From: Candidatus Micrarchaeota archaeon
Lineage (GTDB): Archaea; B1Sed10-29; WALL01; WAMD01
DNA length: 32,370 nt
Assembly: GCA_964652335.1 (NCBI GenBank)
Contig: CAZZDL010000007.1
Coordinates: 1 to 32,370 of the forward strand
Direction: 5' to 3'
In this document: positions 28,454-32,370 of the stretch, piece after piece
Layout: every line of letters starts with the position of its first letter
Position numbering within the stretch: position 1 is the first letter of the stretch
Notes under the pieces: model-generated
Databases searched by the model: none
What the model was told of the DNA's origin: nothing
What the model saw: only the letters and a program-made list of their open reading frames with translations
Position numbers and translations under genes: made by a program

Positions 28454-29143
28454 ATGCAGGTATCTGTTATTCTGGTTGAACCTGAAAGTTCAGGTAACAT
28501 AGGGTCTACGGCCAGAGCAATGAAGAATTTTGGAGTAAAAGATCTCATTCTTATAAACCCTTGCAGGATAGACATGGAAGCTAGATCTAGAGCTATGCAT
28601 GCGTGGGATATTGTTAAGAACGCAAAGAAAATTAGCTCACTGGATGAAGTAACTGGATTTGACTTCTTAGTTGGGACTACGGCTAAAAGTTTTGACTCAT
28701 CAACTACAAGAGCATCTATGACTCCTAGGGAATTGGCAGAGATGCTGGAGATAACAGATGCAAAGATTGGGTTGGTTTTTGGTAGAGAGTCCAGAGGATT
28801 AACAAATCAAGAGTTAAGAAAATGTGATATCGTTTTGACCATACCAACCGACGAGGAATACAAATCAATGAACCTAAGCCATGCCGTAGCAGTAGTGTTA
28901 TATGAATTATACGGTAGGAAAAAACCGAGAAGGAAAGCGGATAAGAAGGAGAGAGATGCTCTAATCATGCTTTTTTCCAAGCTGGCTAATTCGTTAGATC
29001 TAAGAAACCCTGAGAACGCAATAAAGATGTTCAGAAATGTAATATCTAGAGCAATCATCTCAGGATCAGAAGCAAAAGGAATTGCAGTTGTATTAAAGAG
29101 GTGTATAGAGAAGTTGGACGAATGGAGCAGATCATCCAGATAA
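28454..29143 (+). CDS. trmJ: TrmJ-family SPOUT RNA methyltransferase
   Basis: [31 protein letters not shown] and SMNLSHAV. Confidence 0.9.
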   Translation: MQVSVILVEPESSGNIGSTARAMKNFGVKDLILINPCRIDMEARSRAMHAWDIVKNAKKISSLDEVTGFDFLVGTTAKSFDSSTTRASMTPRELAEMLEITDAKIGLVFGRESRGLTNQELRKCDIVLTIPTDEEYKSMNLSHAVAVVLYELYGRKKPRRKADKKERDALIMLFSKLANSLDLRNPENAIKMFRNVISRAIISGSEAKGIAVVLKRCIEKLDEWSRSSR

Positions 29144-30994
29144 GGCAGATCTTAGCTTTTTAATTAATTGCCTCTTCCTCTTTGAATTTACCAAAGCGAC
29201 ATCTATCACATCTACGATATCTGAAACAGTGACTATTTTTACTTTTCTCTTTTTATCTCTGCTAAGGAAAACGTCATCCCTATTTGACTCTGGAATGATA
29301 ACAGTATCAATTCCTGCCTCAATGGCAGCTTCAACCTTTGGAGTAACTGCTCCAACAGGAAGAACTTCTCCCCTCACTGTTATAGAACCAGTCATTGCAA
29401 TGTTCTGCTTTACAGGTATTTTTTCTATAGCGGATATTAAAGCCGTAGCAACACTTACAGAAGCAGAATCTCCTTCCACTCCTTCATATGTCTGGAGGAA
29501 CTGTATATGTATGTCTTTACCTGCCAATGCTCCACCTTTATACTTCTTTATTATAGCAGAAACGTTCAAAACTGCCTCCTTTGCTATCTCGCCCAGTTTA
29601 CCTGTTGCTATTATTTTTCCTTCCTTTCCTCCTTGAGAAGCCGAAATACTGGCCTCTATCGGCAGTACTAACCCTCCATTTCCTAGGACAGCTAGTCCAT
29701 TTACTCTTCCTATCTTACTACCTTCCGTTATCAAAACATTGTATTCCTTCCTCTGTTCTATATACTTATCAGCCACTTGCTCCTCCAATGTTCTAGCAAG
29801 CTTTTTGGCTTTCTCCACATGCTTTGCAGTAACATACTTTGCTCCCTCACTAACTGCAATATCTCCAGCTGCCCTAACTAGACCACCTAGATCCCTCAAC
29901 CTAAGCGTTAATTTATTCTTCCTACCAGCTCTCTTTTTGGCTTCTAAAATTATTGCCTCAACTCCATCCTTTGTGAAATGTGGTATCTTTCCATCCTTAA
30001 CAACCTCTTGAGCAACAAATCTAGCCAACGCCTTCCTGTTCTCTGGCGTATCTGGCATTACACTGTTCAAATAAACCTCATACCCGTATCCCCTGATCCT
30101 AGACCTCAAAGCTGGATGGAGCTTTTGCATATCCAGTTCATTACCTGCTGCCACAAGGATAAAGTCGCATGGAACTGGCTCTGTTCTGACCATCGCTCCA
30201 GAGGACAACTCACTCTGCCCAGTTATGGGGAATTTTTTCTCCTGCATAGCAGTTAGTAGATCCTGCTGAGATTTTGGGGAAAGAGTTGCTATCTCATCTA
30301 TGAACAAAACTCCCTTATGAGCTCTGTGAATCATACCTGGAACCACTCTAAGATGTGGTGGTGTCCCAAGACCCCCTGATTGTAAAGGATCATGCTTAAC
30401 GTCTCCAAGCAGTGCTCCTGCCCTAGCGCCGGTACCATCAACAAATGGTGCCATGGTCTTATTTGAATTGTCTATCAGTAGCTTTGGCGCCATACCCTTT
30501 TCAGGCGAAGCCCTAACTTGGAGAGACATTACCACCCCTATGCCTAGCAAACCAGCCACTATCAAAGACGCTGCAGCCATGATCTCTGATATCCATCCAG
30601 CGTACAACATTAACCAAGGTATTGACAGAAGGACCAATAACATCAAGCTAGCTCCTAATCTCATATTTTCCATACTTGATATATCTTTCCTTCTCTCCTC
30701 TTCAACTATCTTTCTCCCTTCACCTGCTGGGACTACTTTTATCTTTGGTGTGTTTGGATCCATAGTATTCGGGTAAACCAGGATGTCCTCCAACTCTGCA
30801 ACAGGCAGAAGCTCAGCCATAGCTTGGGCTAGCATAGACTTCCCTGTACCTGGATCTCCAAGTAGAAAAACGTTTCTTCTCTGCTTTGCTGCTTTCTTTA
30901 TTATTTCTACTCCTTGATCCTGGCCTATAACCTGATCTATAAGTTTCCTAGGTACCTCTATCTCCTCAGTAGTTTTGAAATCAAACTTAGTCAT
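29132..30994 (-). CDS. lonB: Membrane-anchored ATP-dependent protease LonB
   Basis: [10 protein letters not shown] insert, [21 protein letters not shown] and K catalytic dyad region. Confidence 0.96.
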   Translation of the reverse strand: MTKFDFKTTEEIEVPRKLIDQVIGQDQGVEIIKKAAKQRRNVFLLGDPGTGKSMLAQAMAELLPVAELEDILVYPNTMDPNTPKIKVVPAGEGRKIVEEERRKDISSMENMRLGASLMLLVLLSIPWLMLYAGWISEIMAAASLIVAGLLGIGVVMSLQVRASPEKGMAPKLLIDNSNKTMAPFVDGTGARAGALLGDVKHDPLQSGGLGTPPHLRVVPGMIHRAHKGVLFIDEIATLSPKSQQDLLTAMQEKKFPITGQSELSSGAMVRTEPVPCDFILVAAGNELDMQKLHPALRSRIRGYGYEVYLNSVMPDTPENRKALARFVAQEVVKDGKIPHFTKDGVEAIILEAKKRAGRKNKLTLRLRDLGGLVRAAGDIAVSEGAKYVTAKHVEKAKKLARTLEEQVADKYIEQRKEYNVLITEGSKIGRVNGLAVLGNGGLVLPIEASISASQGGKEGKIIATGKLGEIAKEAVLNVSAIIKKYKGGALAGKDIHIQFLQTYEGVEGDSASVSVATALISAIEKIPVKQNIAMTGSITVRGEVLPVGAVTPKVEAAIEAGIDTVIIPESNRDDVFLSRDKKRKVKIVTVSDIVDVIDVALVNSKRKRQLIKKLRSALSG

Positions 30995-31031
30995 ACCAAA
31001 TTATTTATTGATAACCAACAATAAAAGCTTG

Positions 31032-31955
31032 ATGATGCTAATTTATCTCTCTGGAGTTGAAAGGATCCCTCTACTTGAAGTAAAAGCATTGGTAGACGCT
31101 TACAATGATAAGATAATGGGAACAAGAGGTAGGATTGTATTAGTGGAGAGGGGAGAGTTTGTTCCAAGACTTGCATTCTCCAAGATGGCAGGAGAGGTTA
31201 TATGCAAGACCACAAGAGAGCTGGACTTACCTGACTACTTCAAAGTAGATCATACTGGCTTTGCTGTTGAGACTTGGGGAGTGAAAGGGAAAGAAAGTCT
31301 AAAAATGAAAATAAGATTTGCAGATAAGATAAAAGGAAAACCCAACTTGTCCAGTCCAAAGGAAGTATTTGATCTAGTGATTGACGGAGACAATGTATGG
31401 ATATCTAGACGAGTATGGGAGAACGATCCAAAGGAGTTCATGAAAAGAGATCCAAAGGCTAGGCCAGTATTCAACCCAACTAGCTTGAAGCCAAAACTAG
31501 CTAGGCTACTAGTAAATCTCTCTGGAATAAAACCCGGTGAGAGATTACTGGACCCATTTTGTGGAGTTGGTGGGATCCTCATTGAAGCTAGCCTAATGGG
31601 AATAGACGCCACAGGAATAGAGATAGACAAAAGATGGGCAGACGGAGCCAGGAAGAATCTAGACTACTACAGGTTAAAAGCCAATGTGATAAATGCAGAT
31701 TTTTTAGAATGGGAGGATGGGCGCTTTGATGCGATAGTTACTGACCTTCCTTATGGAAGAAGCTCCAAATTAAAGGGAGACATGGAAACATTCTACAAGA
31801 ATGCATTCAAAAAGATGGAAAAGCTAAGCAAGAAGCTAGTAGTTATGGGTCCCATGGATCTAAGCAGTTTGTTAGATGGATGGGAGCTAGACGAAGTAGT
31901 AAAAATGAGAGTTCACAAAAGCCTAGATAGATGGATACATGTCTGCAGTAGATGA
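31032..31955 (+). CDS. tRNA (guanine-N2)-methyltransferase Trm11/TrmG10-like (THUMP + MTase)
   Basis: RP.F.PTSLKPKLARLLVNL, LDPFCGVGGILIEA, TDLPYGRS and RVHKSL.R. Confidence 0.88.
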   Translation: MMLIYLSGVERIPLLEVKALVDAYNDKIMGTRGRIVLVERGEFVPRLAFSKMAGEVICKTTRELDLPDYFKVDHTGFAVETWGVKGKESLKMKIRFADKIKGKPNLSSPKEVFDLVIDGDNVWISRRVWENDPKEFMKRDPKARPVFNPTSLKPKLARLLVNLSGIKPGERLLDPFCGVGGILIEASLMGIDATGIEIDKRWADGARKNLDYYRLKANVINADFLEWEDGRFDAIVTDLPYGRSSKLKGDMETFYKNAFKKMEKLSKKLVVMGPMDLSSLLDGWELDEVVKMRVHKSLDRWIHVCSR

Positions 31956-32330
31956 TTTGTATTTCCTATGTATGCTCTTCACCTGCCTTTCTGTTATTTT
32001 CCATTTCCCAAATTGCTTGTGGGGAAGAAGGGCACCTGAGAAATTTTTTGGTATGTGCATGAGCTCATGAATAATAGTCTTTTCCTGCTCTTCTCTCGGG
32101 AGCTTGTAAAATCGTTCAGTTAGCTCAATTACATACAACGGCTGGATATCAAAGGCCTCCTGGAATACTCTAGAAAGTCCCCAAATTCTGGCTACTGCAT
32201 TTGTTTTCGCTCCCTTACTACGGACGAATCTAACCCTTGTAAGGTCTATGTGATCCCATTCTAATTTCTCAATTATGTCTTTTGCTATGAAGAAAGCGTC
32301 AGGTGCAGGTTCAAATCTAAGCTTTGGCAT
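31923..32330 (-). CDS. Putative metallopeptidase (HExxH)
   Basis: ARIWGL, YVIEL..RF and IIHELMHIP..FSG.L motifs of a conserved archaeal family. Confidence 0.8.
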   Translation of the reverse strand: MPKLRFEPAPDAFFIAKDIIEKLEWDHIDLTRVRFVRSKGAKTNAVARIWGLSRVFQEAFDIQPLYVIELTERFYKLPREEQEKTIIHELMHIPKNFSGALLPHKQFGKWKITERQVKSIHRKYKSSTADMYPSI

Positions 32331-32370
32331 GTTTAGTGTTACTCAAAAGAGGGATATATCTATTAATAAA

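Noticed and set aside
31923..32330. Phage origin for the metallopeptidase-like gene
   Set aside because: The family is common in archaeal chromosomes and its neighbours are housekeeping genes.

Overview
A gene-dense archaeal chromosome segment, probably from a thermophilic DPANN-like lineage. That placement is inferred from the divergent GC-rich 16S rRNA, overlapping genes and bpsA; it was not established by phylogeny. The window holds the 5' ~846 nt of a 16S rRNA gene (minus strand), tRNA-Arg(UCU) and about 36 CDS. These include Hsp20, nitroreductase, Nth, DUF72, an XPD/Rad3 helicase, RibC/RibH, NreA, SpeD-BpsA, an MFS transporter, a HerA-like ATPase, DUF460, Sec61beta, a Cys-rich repeat surface protein, the HTH-HMG-CoA synthase-thiolase-DUF35 mevalonate cluster, HemK2, a DRG GTPase, TrmJ, LonB and Trm11. 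Three signals deserve the most attention. (1) The speD-bpsA 5' leader is structured and carries two tiny uORFs in frame with speD. (2) tRNA-Arg is followed by two hairpin-rich units, each ending in an identical 21-bp degenerate copy of the tRNA 3' end. (3) Two intact-looking genes (DUF72, DUF460) have no ATG/GTG/TTG start but an in-frame ACG at the expected position, and DUF460 also has a correctly phased G_GGU_UUU -1 slippery site after an upstream ATG. No CRISPR array, integrase or transposase was seen. Product calls are from motif recognition, not database searches.
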